From: Candidatus Omnitrophota bacterium
GTDB taxonomy: Bacteria; Omnitrophota; Gorgyraeia; Gygaellales; Profunditerraquicolaceae
Direction of reading: 5' to 3'
Assembly: GCA_030650425.1 (NCBI GenBank)
Contig: JAUSED010000005.1
Location: 206,932 to 270,931 of the forward strand
Length of the DNA: 64,000 nucleotides
Below, one piece after another: positions 54,025-64,000 of the stretch (its first letter is position 1; the number at the start of each line of letters is the position of its first letter). The translations under genes and the position numbers were made by a program. The notes below the pieces were generated by a model. The model was not told the origin of the DNA. It worked only from the letters and a program-made list of their open reading frames with translations, and did not search any database.

Positions 54025-54779
54025 AAGCGTTAGTCTTAGCTGCCGGATACGCTACACGACTCTACCCTTTAACCAAGGAATATCCTAAATCTTTACTCGA
54101 GGTTAGAGGAAAGCCTATTCTTGGTTATATTATTGATAAGTTAGAAACGATAGATGAAGTTAATGAGATTATTATAATTACCAATAGCAAATTTATCGCT
54201 CAGTTCCGGCAGTGGAAAAAAAGAGTACGGTCAAAGAAGAGGCTGACATTGGTAGATGATCTTACTAAGAGTAACGCTGACAGGCTCGGGGCAATCGGCG
54301 ATATCAATTTTGTGATCAAGAAAAAAAATATTAAAGAAGATGTCCTGGTTATCGGCGGGGATAACCTGTTTAACGCGGGATTGACAAGATTCCTTGAGTT
54401 TGCGACGCAAAAGAAACCCGCAGCGACCATCGGAGTTTATAAATTAAAGGCTTTAAAAGACGCCTGTCGTTATGGCGTGGTTAAGCTGGATAGCGCTGAT
54501 AAGGTCGCCAACTTTGAAGAAAAACCCAAAAAACCGAAATCGCAACTTGTGGCTATGTGCCTGTATTTTATTCCTTCAGCGCGCCTGAGCCTGGTCAGGG
54601 ATTATTTAAAAATAAGGAAAAAGACTGATGCTACGGGCAATTATATAGATTGGTTAAAGGAAAGGGTGGATACCTTTGGATTCATTTTCCACGGTTCTTG
54701 GTATGACATCGGAGATTTTAAATATCTAACCGCGGCAAGAAATAATTTTGCTGCACAGCCCGATAAACGGGCCAATTGA
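54021..54779 (+). CDS. Sugar-phosphate nucleotidyltransferase with apparent ATA start
   Basis: Frame open from ATA 54021: (I/M)KALVLAAGYATRLYPLT..PK; GGDN, EEKP, WYDIG. Confidence 0.8.
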   Translation: MKALVLAAGYATRLYPLTKEYPKSLLEVRGKPILGYIIDKLETIDEVNEIIIITNSKFIAQFRQWKKRVRSKKRLTLVDDLTKSNADRLGAIGDINFVIKKKNIKEDVLVIGGDNLFNAGLTRFLEFATQKKPAATIGVYKLKALKDACRYGVVKLDSADKVANFEEKPKKPKSQLVAMCLYFIPSARLSLVRDYLKIRKKTDATGNYIDWLKERVDTFGFIFHGSWYDIGDFKYLTAARNNFAAQPDKRAN

Positions 54780-54788
54780 GGAGGAGTC

Positions 54789-55958
54789 ATGACAGCGCGG
54801 AAGCACTATTTTACTTCTGAGTCGGTAGGCGAAGGGCATCCGGATAAGCTTTGTGATCAGATATCCGACGGTGTGTTGGATGAAGTTTTAAAGCAGGATC
54901 CTTACGGCAGAGTTGCCTGTGAAACCTTTGTGACGATGGGGCTTTTGATTGTAGGCGGCGAAATTACGACCACCGCTTATGTTGACATCCAGAAATTAGC
55001 CCGTAATATTATTAAAGAAATAGGTTATACGCATACTAAATACGGATTTGATTATCATACCTGCGCGATTATCAATACGATTAACTCACAATCTCCGGAT
55101 ATCGCCCAAGGCGTCAATACAGGCGGCGCGGGAGATCAAGGGTTTATGGTTGGCTTTGCCTGCCGCGAGACCGAGGAGCTTATGCCGCTTCCGATCATGC
55201 TTTCTCAGAAATTAGTGCGCATGATGGCGGAAATAAGGAGAAAAGGAACTTTGAAATATTTAGGCCCTGATTGTAAATCCCAGGTTTCCGTGGAATATCA
55301 CGATGGCAAACCCAAGAGAGTGGATTCTGTTGTTTTAGCCTGTCAGCATACAGATGAGATCCTTGATTCCAGCAAAGAGAAGATTACTAAAGCCGCCCGG
55401 CAGGAATTTATCGATGTGATTGCCAAACCGGTGCTTAAAGATTATATCGATAAGGATACTAAATACTTTATCAACGAGACGGGAAAATTTGTTATCGGCG
55501 GCCCGCAATCCGATACCGGTATGACCGGAAGAAAAATTGTTGTAGATACTTACGGCGGAATGGCTGCCCCGGGCGGAGGCGCGTTTTCCGGCAAGGACCC
55601 GACTAAGGTTGATCGTTCCGCGGCTTATATGGCCCGTTACATTGCCAAGAACATCGTGGCCGCGGGCCTAGCGGATAAGTGCCTGATTCATTTGGCTTAT
55701 GCTATCGGCAAGGCGGAACCTTTAGCGATTATGGTGGATACTTCCGGTACAGGTAAGTTAACCGAAGTACAATTTATTAAGTTAATTCGGGATAATTTTG
55801 AACTTACTCCACATGGTATGATTAAATCATTGGATCTTCTGCGTCCCATATATAGGAAAACTGCCTGCTATGGGCATTTTGGCAGGACCGAACCCGAGTT
55901 TAGCTGGGAGAGTACGGATAAGGCAGCGACTTTGAAGAAACAAGCGGGAAAATTATAA
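54789..55958 (+). CDS. metK: S-adenosylmethionine synthetase
   Basis: [20 protein letters not shown]. Confidence 0.97.
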   Translation: MTARKHYFTSESVGEGHPDKLCDQISDGVLDEVLKQDPYGRVACETFVTMGLLIVGGEITTTAYVDIQKLARNIIKEIGYTHTKYGFDYHTCAIINTINSQSPDIAQGVNTGGAGDQGFMVGFACRETEELMPLPIMLSQKLVRMMAEIRRKGTLKYLGPDCKSQVSVEYHDGKPKRVDSVVLACQHTDEILDSSKEKITKAARQEFIDVIAKPVLKDYIDKDTKYFINETGKFVIGGPQSDTGMTGRKIVVDTYGGMAAPGGGAFSGKDPTKVDRSAAYMARYIAKNIVAAGLADKCLIHLAYAIGKAEPLAIMVDTSGTGKLTEVQFIKLIRDNFELTPHGMIKSLDLLRPIYRKTACYGHFGRTEPEFSWESTDKAATLKKQAGKL

Positions 55959-55976
55959 CTCAAAATAGGAGAGTAG

Positions 55977-57233
55977 ATGAAATATGACGTTAAAAATATA
56001 AACTTAGCTAAGAAAGGGTCACTGAGAATTGAATGGGCATCTAATAATATGCCTGTTTTGAATTTAATCAAGCAGAGATTCTTAAAAGAAAAACCATTGA
56101 AAGGGTTAAAGATTGCCGCTTGCCTGCATGTTACTACTGAAACAGGTGTTTTAAGCGAGGTCTTAAAATCAGGAGGAGCCCAAGTTTTTATTTGCGCCTC
56201 CAATCCTCTATCTACGCAGGATGATGTAGCCGCGTCTTTGGCTAAGAATTTAAAGATAGCGGTTTTTGCGATTAAAGGCGAAGATACTAAAACTTATTAC
56301 GCGCATATAAAATCAGTGCTTAGCGCGAAACCCGATATCACCATGGATGACGGAGCGGATTTGGTTTCGACCATCCATCAGGCGCCTTCCGCCTTGCACC
56401 AGAATATTATCGGAGGGACAGAGGAGACCACTACCGGGGTGATTCGTTTAAGGGCATTGGCTAAAGAAGGAAAGTTACGTTATCCGATCATCGCGGTAAA
56501 TGACGCTTTGACTAAGCATTTATTTGATAACCGGTACGGGACAGGGCAATCTACCATAGACGGGATTGTCAGGGCGACGAATAAACTATTAGCCGGAGCC
56601 AATTTTGTAGTGGCAGGTTATGGCTGGTGCGGTAAAGGAGCGAGCTTGCGCGCCAGCGGTATGGGAGCTAAGGTGATCGTCGTGGAGGTTGATCCTTTAC
56701 GGGCCTTGGAAGCAAATATGGACGGATTCCGGGTAATGCCGATCAAAGAAGCGGCGAAGATCGGCGATATTTTTGTCACGGTGACCGGTGACATAAATGT
56801 GATCAGGAAAGAACACTTTCAGGTGATGAAAGACGGCGCCATCGTGAGCAACTCCGGGCATTTTAATGTGGAGTTGGATATTCCGGGATTAGCAAAGCTA
56901 AGCGTCAGGAAAAGGCTTATCCGTGATTTTGTGGATGAGTATATTTTAAAAGACGGCCGCCGGATTTACCTTTTAGGAGAAGGCCGGTTGATCAATTTAG
57001 CCGCGGCTGAAGGCCATCCGGCAAGCGTTATGGATATGTCTTTTGCCAATCAGGCCCTCTCCGCCGAATATATGGCTAAGAATTATAAAGAATTACAAAA
57101 TCAGGTTTATAAAGTTCCCGATGATATCGATAAGAATATCGCCGCTTTAAAATTAAAGTCTTTGGGGATTAAGATTGATACCTTGACTCCGGAGCAGAAG
57201 AAATATCTGGCAAGCTGGGAGATGGGGACGTAA
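55977..57233 (+). CDS. ahcY: Adenosylhomocysteinase
   Basis: [24 protein letters not shown]. Confidence 0.97.
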   Translation: MKYDVKNINLAKKGSLRIEWASNNMPVLNLIKQRFLKEKPLKGLKIAACLHVTTETGVLSEVLKSGGAQVFICASNPLSTQDDVAASLAKNLKIAVFAIKGEDTKTYYAHIKSVLSAKPDITMDDGADLVSTIHQAPSALHQNIIGGTEETTTGVIRLRALAKEGKLRYPIIAVNDALTKHLFDNRYGTGQSTIDGIVRATNKLLAGANFVVAGYGWCGKGASLRASGMGAKVIVVEVDPLRALEANMDGFRVMPIKEAAKIGDIFVTVTGDINVIRKEHFQVMKDGAIVSNSGHFNVELDIPGLAKLSVRKRLIRDFVDEYILKDGRRIYLLGEGRLINLAAAEGHPASVMDMSFANQALSAEYMAKNYKELQNQVYKVPDDIDKNIAALKLKSLGIKIDTLTPEQKKYLASWEMGT

Positions 57234-57246
57234 AAATCTTATAAAG

Positions 57247-57305
57247 ATCCTTTCCAGAGGAAAGGATGAAATGAAGCCAAGACGCCAGAGGCTGGCTTCA
57301 TTTCA
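57247..57305. other. Intergenic double hairpin
   Basis: atcctttcc-aga-ggaaaggat and tgaaatgaagcca...tggcttcatttca. Confidence 0.55.
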
Positions 57306-57317
57306 GATGGGCACTTG

Positions 57318-58277
57318 ATGAAAAGAATAGCGGTTCTGACGACAGGCGGGGACGCGCCGGGAATGAACCCGGCGATACGGGCGGTAGTCCGTTACGGTAT
57401 CGCCAATAAATTAGAGGTAATCGGTGTTTTTCGCGGATGGAGCGGCCTGATTAATGAGGAAATCAAGGTTTTAGACCACCGTTCGGTCTCCGGGATCATT
57501 AGCCAAGGAGGGACGATCTTAAAGACATCCCGCTGCGTTGAATTTCGCAGCAAAGAAGCCCAGGAACGCGCTTATAATACTGTAAAGAAATTCGCTGTCG
57601 ACGGTTTGGTTATAATTGGCGGAAACGGAAGTTTTACCGCAGGGCATGAATTCGGTAAGAAATACAATGTTCCGTGTATGGGGATAGCAGCGTCTATTGA
57701 CAATGATATAAACGGATTAGATTACACGATCGGGAGTGATACCGCGATCAATACCGCGCTGAATGCGATTGATAATATCCGCGATACCGCGACTAGCTTA
57801 GAACGGATTTTTGTAGTTGAGGTAATGGGCCGCGATTGCGGTTTTATTGCCTTGGCTGTAGCCCTTGCCGGAGGATGTGAGGATGTTTTTATTCCGGAGA
57901 GACCGGTTGATTTAGAGTCAGCTTGCCATGATATTGTCCATGGTAATTTGATCGGCAAGGTAAGCTGGATCATTGTGGTAGCTGAGGGTGCAGGTAAAGC
58001 GGAAGATTTTGCCAAAAAGATTAACGGGATAACCGGCTTGGAGACCCGCGCGGTTACCTTGGGGCATATCCAAAGGGGAGGAAGGCCGACAGCTTTTTCT
58101 AGAGATCTGGCTTTAAGATTGGGTAAGGAAGCGGTGGATGCTCTTTTGGAAGGGGATCGCGATAAAGCTGTGGGGCTATCTAAAGGAAGGGTGGTTAGGA
58201 TAGGTTTTGAAACCGCGATTAAGAAGAAAGAATTTGATTTAGAAGGTATTTATAAATTGATTAAGACCTTAACTTAG
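57318..58277 (+). CDS. pfkA: 6-phosphofructokinase
   Basis: GGDAPGMN, IDND, EVMGR, LGHIQRGG. Confidence 0.93.
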   Translation: MKRIAVLTTGGDAPGMNPAIRAVVRYGIANKLEVIGVFRGWSGLINEEIKVLDHRSVSGIISQGGTILKTSRCVEFRSKEAQERAYNTVKKFAVDGLVIIGGNGSFTAGHEFGKKYNVPCMGIAASIDNDINGLDYTIGSDTAINTALNAIDNIRDTATSLERIFVVEVMGRDCGFIALAVALAGGCEDVFIPERPVDLESACHDIVHGNLIGKVSWIIVVAEGAGKAEDFAKKINGITGLETRAVTLGHIQRGGRPTAFSRDLALRLGKEAVDALLEGDRDKAVGLSKGRVVRIGFETAIKKKEFDLEGIYKLIKTLT

Positions 58278-58301
58278 GAATGAAAGGAGAAGTTAGCTGA
58301 A

Positions 58302-59627
58302 ATGGGAAGGAAAGCTTTGAGTATCGACGCAATGGTCAAAGATTTAGTAGTGAGCGATGATTTGAATGCTAAAAAAGTATTGGCTAAAAAGATTCTAGGG
58401 ATAGCCTATAAAAAAGGAATTTATCCGGCCAGTATTCATGACTTTTATATCGCTAGCGGCCGGGGTGAGTTTACTGGTTTTACAGTCCCGGCGATCAACC
58501 TGCGCAGCCTGACCTATGATTTGGCCCGGGCGATATTTAGGGTTGCTAAAAAGAATAACTCCGGGGCGTTTATTTTTGAAATCGCTAAATCTGAAATGGG
58601 ATACACTTCTCAGGCTCCGGTTGAATATGTAAGCGTAGTTCTGGCAGCCGGAATAAAAGAAGGCTATTCCGGTCCGGTATTTATTCAGGCTGACCATACG
58701 CAGGTCAATGCCAAAAAATTTCAGGAGGATCCTGATAAAGAATTACAGGGTTTACAGGACTTGATTGCTGACGCGATAGCCGCGGGTTTCTACAATATTG
58801 ATATTGATTCTTCTACTTTGGTAGATTTATCCAAGTCAGATATCCGGAAACAGCAGAAAAATAATTATGAAGTTTGCGCCAAACTTACGCAATTTATCCG
58901 CAGGGTCGAGCCAAAAGGTATTACTGTTTCAGTGGGAGGAGAGATAGGCGAAGTTGGTCATCAGAATTCCACTCCAGAAGACCTGCGCGCGTTTATGGGA
59001 GGATACCGGGAAAAATTACGCAAGGGCTTAGTGGGGATTTCCAAAATTTCTATTCAGACAGGGACTTCTCACGGTGGAGTAGTTAAGGCTGACGGCTCAA
59101 TTGCCGAGGTAAAACTGGATTTTAATACCTTAAAGACTCTTTCCGCTATTGCCAAGAAGGAATTTGGTCTTGGGGGGGCAGTGCAGCATGGCGCATCCAC
59201 CTTGCCGGAAGAGATGTTTCATAAATTCCCGGAGAATGATACCTTAGAGGTGCATCTGGCTACCGGTTTTCAGAATATGCTGTTGGATAGTAAGCATTTC
59301 CCAGCTGACTTAAAGAAAAGGATGTATGATTGGCTCTTGGTTAATGCCGCCAGTGAAAGAAAAGTAGGTGAAACAGACGAACAATTCTTCTATAAAGCGC
59401 GTAAAAAAGCCCTCGGTCCCTTTAAAAAAGATATTATGGGCCTAGCGCAGGAAGTACGCGACAGTATAGCCGCTGAAATTGAGACTAAATTCGATTTTCT
59501 CTTTAAACAATTAGACGCCGTGAATAATCGGGAATTGGCGGATAAATACGTAACTTTAAAACGGGTGATTGTCAGGCCGCGTAAAGCAGCGAAAGCAATC
59601 GTTCACGACGGAGAAGGCGCAGACTAA
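58302..59627 (+). CDS. Class II fructose-bisphosphate aldolase family
   Basis: ADH, GTSHG, QHGAS. Confidence 0.85.
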   Translation: MGRKALSIDAMVKDLVVSDDLNAKKVLAKKILGIAYKKGIYPASIHDFYIASGRGEFTGFTVPAINLRSLTYDLARAIFRVAKKNNSGAFIFEIAKSEMGYTSQAPVEYVSVVLAAGIKEGYSGPVFIQADHTQVNAKKFQEDPDKELQGLQDLIADAIAAGFYNIDIDSSTLVDLSKSDIRKQQKNNYEVCAKLTQFIRRVEPKGITVSVGGEIGEVGHQNSTPEDLRAFMGGYREKLRKGLVGISKISIQTGTSHGGVVKADGSIAEVKLDFNTLKTLSAIAKKEFGLGGAVQHGASTLPEEMFHKFPENDTLEVHLATGFQNMLLDSKHFPADLKKRMYDWLLVNAASERKVGETDEQFFYKARKKALGPFKKDIMGLAQEVRDSIAAEIETKFDFLFKQLDAVNNRELADKYVTLKRVIVRPRKAAKAIVHDGEGAD

Positions 59628-59642
59628 AAAGCGAGGAAAACT

Positions 59643-61295
59643 ATGCGTTCGGATAAAATAAAAAAAGGATTAGAGAGAGTGCCGCATCGCGCGCTTTTAC
59701 ACGCTACGGGATTATCCAGAAAAGATTTGGATAGGCCGTTTATCGGAGTGGCTACTTCTTTTACTGATCTTATCCCCGGTCATATCGGCATGCGCGACCT
59801 GGAACGTTTCATTGAACGCGGGATTTGTTATGGACAGGGAGTGCCTTTTTTATTCGGAGTCCCGGGGATCTGCGATGGTATTGCGATGGGACATTTAGGA
59901 ATGTGTTATCCTTTGGCCCTGCGCGAGATTGTCGCTGATACGATTGAAACAGTCTGTAATGCCCATCAATTAGACGGGATTATCTGCCTGACTAACTGTG
60001 ATAAAATTACTCCCGGTATGCTGATGGGGGTAGCGCGTCTGAACATTCCGGCGATCATCATAACTGCCGGGCCAATGCTCTCCGGCCGTTATAATCAACG
60101 TAAGCTTGCTTTTGTGCATGATACCTATGAAGCAATGGCCCGGGCTAAAAAAGGGGATATTTCGAGCGACGAGTTATCCTGCCTAGAGATGGAGGCTTGT
60201 CCCGGAGCAGGTTCCTGCCAAGGTTTATATACGGCTAATACCATGGCCTGTTTGACTGAAACGATAGGGATGTCTTTACCCGGTTGCGGGACGGCTTTAG
60301 CTGCCTCCGCGAAAAAACGCAGGATTGCCGAAGCTAGCGGCGAACGCATCGTGGAGTTAGTGAGAAAAAATATTAAGCCCCGTGATATTATTACCAAGCA
60401 GTCTTTAGAGAACGCTATTGTGGTGGATATGGCCTTGGGCGGATCAAGTAATACTGTGCTGCATCTTATGTCTATTGCCCATGAAGCAGGGATCGACTTA
60501 GACCTTAAAACTTTTGATAAAATAGGCAAAGTCACTCCGCATATTACCAGTTTAGAGCCGGCAGGAACGCACTTTATGGAAGATTTGGAGTATAGCGGCG
60601 GGATCCCTGCGGTTTTAAAGAGATTAAAGCCAAAACTAAATAATGTTTTGAATGTGAGCGGTGAGAAAACTTTTGAAATTGCTGGCCAAGCAAAGATATT
60701 TGATGAAGAAGTAATTCGTCCGTTAAATAAAGCCTACCATAAACAAGGCGGTATCGCGGTGTTATATGGGAATATCGCGCCGCAAGGTGCAGTGGTTAAG
60801 CAATCTGGCGTGAGCGAAAAGATGATGAAGTTTAACGGTAAAGCGCGCGTATTTAACCGTGAGGAAGAGGCAATGCAGGCGATTATGAATAATCAAATTA
60901 AACAAGGCGATTGCCTTGTTATCCGTTACGAAGGCCCGGCAGGCGGGCCGGGGATGCGCGAGATGCTTGCGCCGACTGCCGCGATTGTGGGATTAGGGTT
61001 AGCGGACTCAGTGGCGTTGATTACCGATGGCCGTTTTTCAGGAGGGACAAAAGGGCCGTGTATCGGACATATTTCTCCGGAGGCTTCCAGCGCCGGGCCG
61101 ATCGCGATTTTAAAAGACGGGGATAGGATTACTATTGATATCCCGAATCGAAAAATCGACGCGCAATTAAGCCAAGAAGAGATTAAAGAAAGATTTAAGC
61201 ATTGGAAACCGGTTGCGCCTAAAATTAAAACCGGATATTTATCCAGATATTCCAGGTTAGTTAGTTCGGCGGATAAAGGAGCGATTTTGCAATGA
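59643..61295 (+). CDS. ilvD: Dihydroxy-acid dehydratase
   Basis: CDG, NCDK, TDGRFSG. Confidence 0.96.
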   Translation: MRSDKIKKGLERVPHRALLHATGLSRKDLDRPFIGVATSFTDLIPGHIGMRDLERFIERGICYGQGVPFLFGVPGICDGIAMGHLGMCYPLALREIVADTIETVCNAHQLDGIICLTNCDKITPGMLMGVARLNIPAIIITAGPMLSGRYNQRKLAFVHDTYEAMARAKKGDISSDELSCLEMEACPGAGSCQGLYTANTMACLTETIGMSLPGCGTALAASAKKRRIAEASGERIVELVRKNIKPRDIITKQSLENAIVVDMALGGSSNTVLHLMSIAHEAGIDLDLKTFDKIGKVTPHITSLEPAGTHFMEDLEYSGGIPAVLKRLKPKLNNVLNVSGEKTFEIAGQAKIFDEEVIRPLNKAYHKQGGIAVLYGNIAPQGAVVKQSGVSEKMMKFNGKARVFNREEEAMQAIMNNQIKQGDCLVIRYEGPAGGPGMREMLAPTAAIVGLGLADSVALITDGRFSGGTKGPCIGHISPEASSAGPIAILKDGDRITIDIPNRKIDAQLSQEEIKERFKHWKPVAPKIKTGYLSRYSRLVSSADKGAILQ

Positions 61296-62956
61296 AGGGT
61301 TCAGAAATACTATTGGAGTCTTTAAAGCGCGAAGGGGTAAAGGTAATCTTTGGTTATCCCGGTGGACAGGTTTTGCCTATATTCGACAGCCTTTATGACT
61401 CAGATATCCAATTTATCCTTACACGGCATGAGCAGGGAGCAGCGCATGCTGCTGACGGCTATGCGCGAGCAACCGGCAAGGTCGGGGTGTGCCTGGCTAC
61501 TTCAGGCCCGGGAGCGACGAATTTAGTTACCGGAATCGCTAACGCTTATATGGATTCCATTCCCATGGTCGCGATTACCGGACAGGTGAAAAGTTTTTTA
61601 ATCGGTAATGACGCTTTTCAGGAGGCGGATGTAACCGGAATCACCCGTCCGATAACCAAGCATAATTATTTAGTCAAGGATGTGAAAGATTTAGCCCGGA
61701 TTATCCGGGAGGCTTTTTATATCGCCTCAACCGGTAGACCCGGGCCGGTGCTGGTGGATATTCCTTCGGATATCCAACTTGCCGATACAGAATTTAATTG
61801 GCCGGAGAATATCCAAATGCGCAGCTACAATCCGACTTATTTTGGCCATCCCGGGCAAATTAAGAAAGCAGCTAAGCTTATTGCAGGAGCTAAGAAACCG
61901 ATTATTTATGCCGGTGGTGGAGTGATTAGCTCAGGCGCGCATAGAGAATTAAAGATGCTGGCGGAAAAAATCAACGCGCCATTAACCTGGACGCTTATGG
62001 GTATAGGAGCCTTTCCGGCAACCCACGAATTATCATTGGGTATGCTTGGGATGCACGGGACTGCCTACGCGAATCATGCGATTATGGAGAGCGACCTGAT
62101 TATCGCGGTAGGCGCTCGTTTTGATGACCGGGTAACCGGACGTCTGGACGCCTTTGCTCCGGATGCCTTAGTTATTCATATTGATATTGATCCTTCTTCT
62201 ATTAGCAAGAATGTAAGTGTGCATGTGCCTATTGTGGGGGATGCCAAGAATATTTTAACCGAGCTGTTAAAAGATATTAAAAAAACGCCGGATACTAATG
62301 ATTGGCTCAAGAGAATTGAAGGTTGGAAGAAGAAATATCCTTTGGCCTATAAAGACGATGGTAAGCTTAAGCCGCAATACGTGGTCGAGCAGATTTATGA
62401 GGTAACTAAGGGTGATGCGATTATCACTACTGAAGTCGGGCAAAACCAGATGTGGGCAGCGCAATGGTATAAGTACACTCAGCCACGTACATTTATTTCA
62501 TCCGGCGGATTAGGCACTATGGGGTTTGGTTTACCGGCGGCGATGGGTGTGAAGATGGGTTGCCCGGATAAGACAGTATTTGATATCGCAGGAGACGGTT
62601 CAATTCAAATGAATATTCAGGAGTTGGGGACCTGCGTTGCCAATAAAATAAACGTGAAAGTGGCAATTTTAAATAACGGTTATTTAGGAATGGTGCGTCA
62701 ATGGCAGGAGCTTTTTTACAAAAGGCGCTATTCCTATGTCGGTATAACCAGCCCGGATTTTGTGAAACTAGCAGAAAGTTATGGCGCCGTCGGAATACGC
62801 GTGACTAAAAAAGAAGAAGTACGGCCAGCGCTTGAAAAGACGATTGCCGTAGAGAATACCGTGCTGATTGATTTTAGGGTAGAGCCTGAGGAGAATGTCT
62901 TTCCTATGGTTCCGGCAGGCCAGGCGATCAATCAATTTATCGGCGGGTTAGCTTAA
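61292..62956 (+). CDS. ilvB: Acetolactate synthase large subunit
   Basis: FGYPGG, RHEQ, GDGS...NN. Confidence 0.96.
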   Translation: MKGSEILLESLKREGVKVIFGYPGGQVLPIFDSLYDSDIQFILTRHEQGAAHAADGYARATGKVGVCLATSGPGATNLVTGIANAYMDSIPMVAITGQVKSFLIGNDAFQEADVTGITRPITKHNYLVKDVKDLARIIREAFYIASTGRPGPVLVDIPSDIQLADTEFNWPENIQMRSYNPTYFGHPGQIKKAAKLIAGAKKPIIYAGGGVISSGAHRELKMLAEKINAPLTWTLMGIGAFPATHELSLGMLGMHGTAYANHAIMESDLIIAVGARFDDRVTGRLDAFAPDALVIHIDIDPSSISKNVSVHVPIVGDAKNILTELLKDIKKTPDTNDWLKRIEGWKKKYPLAYKDDGKLKPQYVVEQIYEVTKGDAIITTEVGQNQMWAAQWYKYTQPRTFISSGGLGTMGFGLPAAMGVKMGCPDKTVFDIAGDGSIQMNIQELGTCVANKINVKVAILNNGYLGMVRQWQELFYKRRYSYVGITSPDFVKLAESYGAVGIRVTKKEEVRPALEKTIAVENTVLIDFRVEPEENVFPMVPAGQAINQFIGGLA

Positions 62957-62957
62957 G

Positions 62958-63470
62958 ATGAGACACACAATTTCAGTTTTAGTGGAAAATAAGTTTGGCG
63001 TACTGGCGCGGATCGCGGGATTATTCAGCGCCCGCGGGTATAATATCGCCTCTTTAGCGGTTTCGGAGACCTTAGATCCGGCTATCTCTTATATGACGAT
63101 AGTCGTTGAGGCAAAAGATGAAAAGGTCCTCGAACAGATCAAGAAACAGTTGAATAAGTTGATCGATGTGATTACGATTACTGATTTTACCAAGAAGGAG
63201 CACGTTGACCGCGAGCTTATTTTAGCTAAAGTAAGTTATTCCGCGAAAGATAAGACTAAGCTGGAAAATATTTTTAATAAATATGTCGGCAAGATCATCC
63301 AACGTAAAGGCGATATCGCGATTATCGAGGCAGTAGGGGATAATCAGCAGATAAGGTCCTTGCTTGAAGAATTGAATAAGTTTGGAATCCAGGAATTGGT
63401 GAGGACAGGGAAATTGGCAATCGGGGCAATCGGGGACGCTTCCCAAGGGGACACTCTCCGGAGATTTTAG
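62958..63470 (+). CDS. ilvH: Acetolactate synthase small subunit
   Basis: ACT domain ISVLVENKFGVL, ELVRTG. Confidence 0.93.
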   Translation: MRHTISVLVENKFGVLARIAGLFSARGYNIASLAVSETLDPAISYMTIVVEAKDEKVLEQIKKQLNKLIDVITITDFTKKEHVDRELILAKVSYSAKDKTKLENIFNKYVGKIIQRKGDIAIIEAVGDNQQIRSLLEELNKFGIQELVRTGKLAIGAIGDASQGDTLRRF

Positions 63471-63559
63471 GTAAAAATTATCAAAAAATAGTGAAAATAA
63501 GCATTTTTTAAAAGTAGAGTGGTACTTTGGGGAGCGTCCCCTAGTAAAGGAGGATATAA

Positions 63560-64000
63560 ATGGCCAAGATTTATTATGACAAGGATGCGGATTTAAATAT
63601 TTTAAAGAATAAGACCATTGCGATTATTGGTTACGGTATTCAGGGCCGCGGGCAGTCATTATGCTTGAGAGATTCGGGGATGCATGTGGTGGTTTCGGAG
63701 ATGCCCGGGACAGCGAATTACGAACAGGCTAAAGCCGATGGATTTACTCCTGTAAGCGCAGCCGAAGCAGCCAAAGCCGCGGATATTATTCAAATTTTGA
63801 CTCAGGATCATGTGCAGGCTAAAGTATATCAAGAAAGCATTAAACCGAATTTAAAAAAGGGGAAGGCGCTCTGTTTTTCGCATGGGTTCAACATCCGTTT
63901 TAAGCAGATCAAGCCTCCGAAGAATGTAGATGTGTTTATGGTGGCCCCTAAAGGCCCGGGAGCTTTAGTGAGGAAAATGTACGAGGAGGGTAAAGGCGTG
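63560..64000 (+). CDS. ilvC: Ketol-acid reductoisomerase (partial, runs off the window)
   Basis: MAKIYYDKDADL..L..K.IAIIGYG.QG, FSHGFNI, MVAPKGPG. Confidence 0.95.
   Translation, partial: MAKIYYDKDADLNILKNKTIAIIGYGIQGRGQSLCLRDSGMHVVVSEMPGTANYEQAKADGFTPVSAAEAAKAADIIQILTQDHVQAKVYQESIKPNLKKGKALCFSHGFNIRFKQIKPPKNVDVFMVAPKGPGALVRKMYEEGKGV

Overview
Low-GC bacterial chromosomal window, almost all on the + strand. Gene content suggests Candidatus Omnitrophota (PVC superphylum), but that is inference. The accessory left end (1-3.9 kb) holds an AbiEi/AbiEii type IV TA pair, an odd signal peptide-PLD-wHTH/DnaD-like fusion and a truncated fragment of a large protein. Next come an 11-gene group 4 membrane [NiFe]-hydrogenase operon with dedA-exbB-exbD-hppA, a dockerin protein/Rhs toxin/immunity module, and a lone REP-associated tyrosine transposase (RAYT). 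Core genes follow: APC transporter, F1Fo ATP synthase, HEAT + HD-GYP pair, pyrG-carA-split carB, divergent L27, lpxB/gnnA-like/msbA, rpsB-tsf-pyrH-frr, 3 tRNAs, PTS genes, metK-ahcY, pfkA, aldolase and ilvDBHC. The most striking unexplained structure is a dense set of short palindromic elements in several families (A: GGGGACAGTCCCC doublets; B: GTAG-GGGACACTTTCC...GGAAAGTGTCCCC-TAC hairpins; C: GTCATTGCGA...GCAATGAC). Degenerate B/A copies flank the RAYT on both sides. Many copies sit in-frame inside genes (PLD fusion twice, ORF 2706, Rhs core, M48 peptidase, lpxB, ilvH tail) and add new peptide segments. Other points: a possible Ig donor-strand link between the dockerin protein and the Rhs, an ATA start codon at an ATAA overlap, and several probably leaderless genes.
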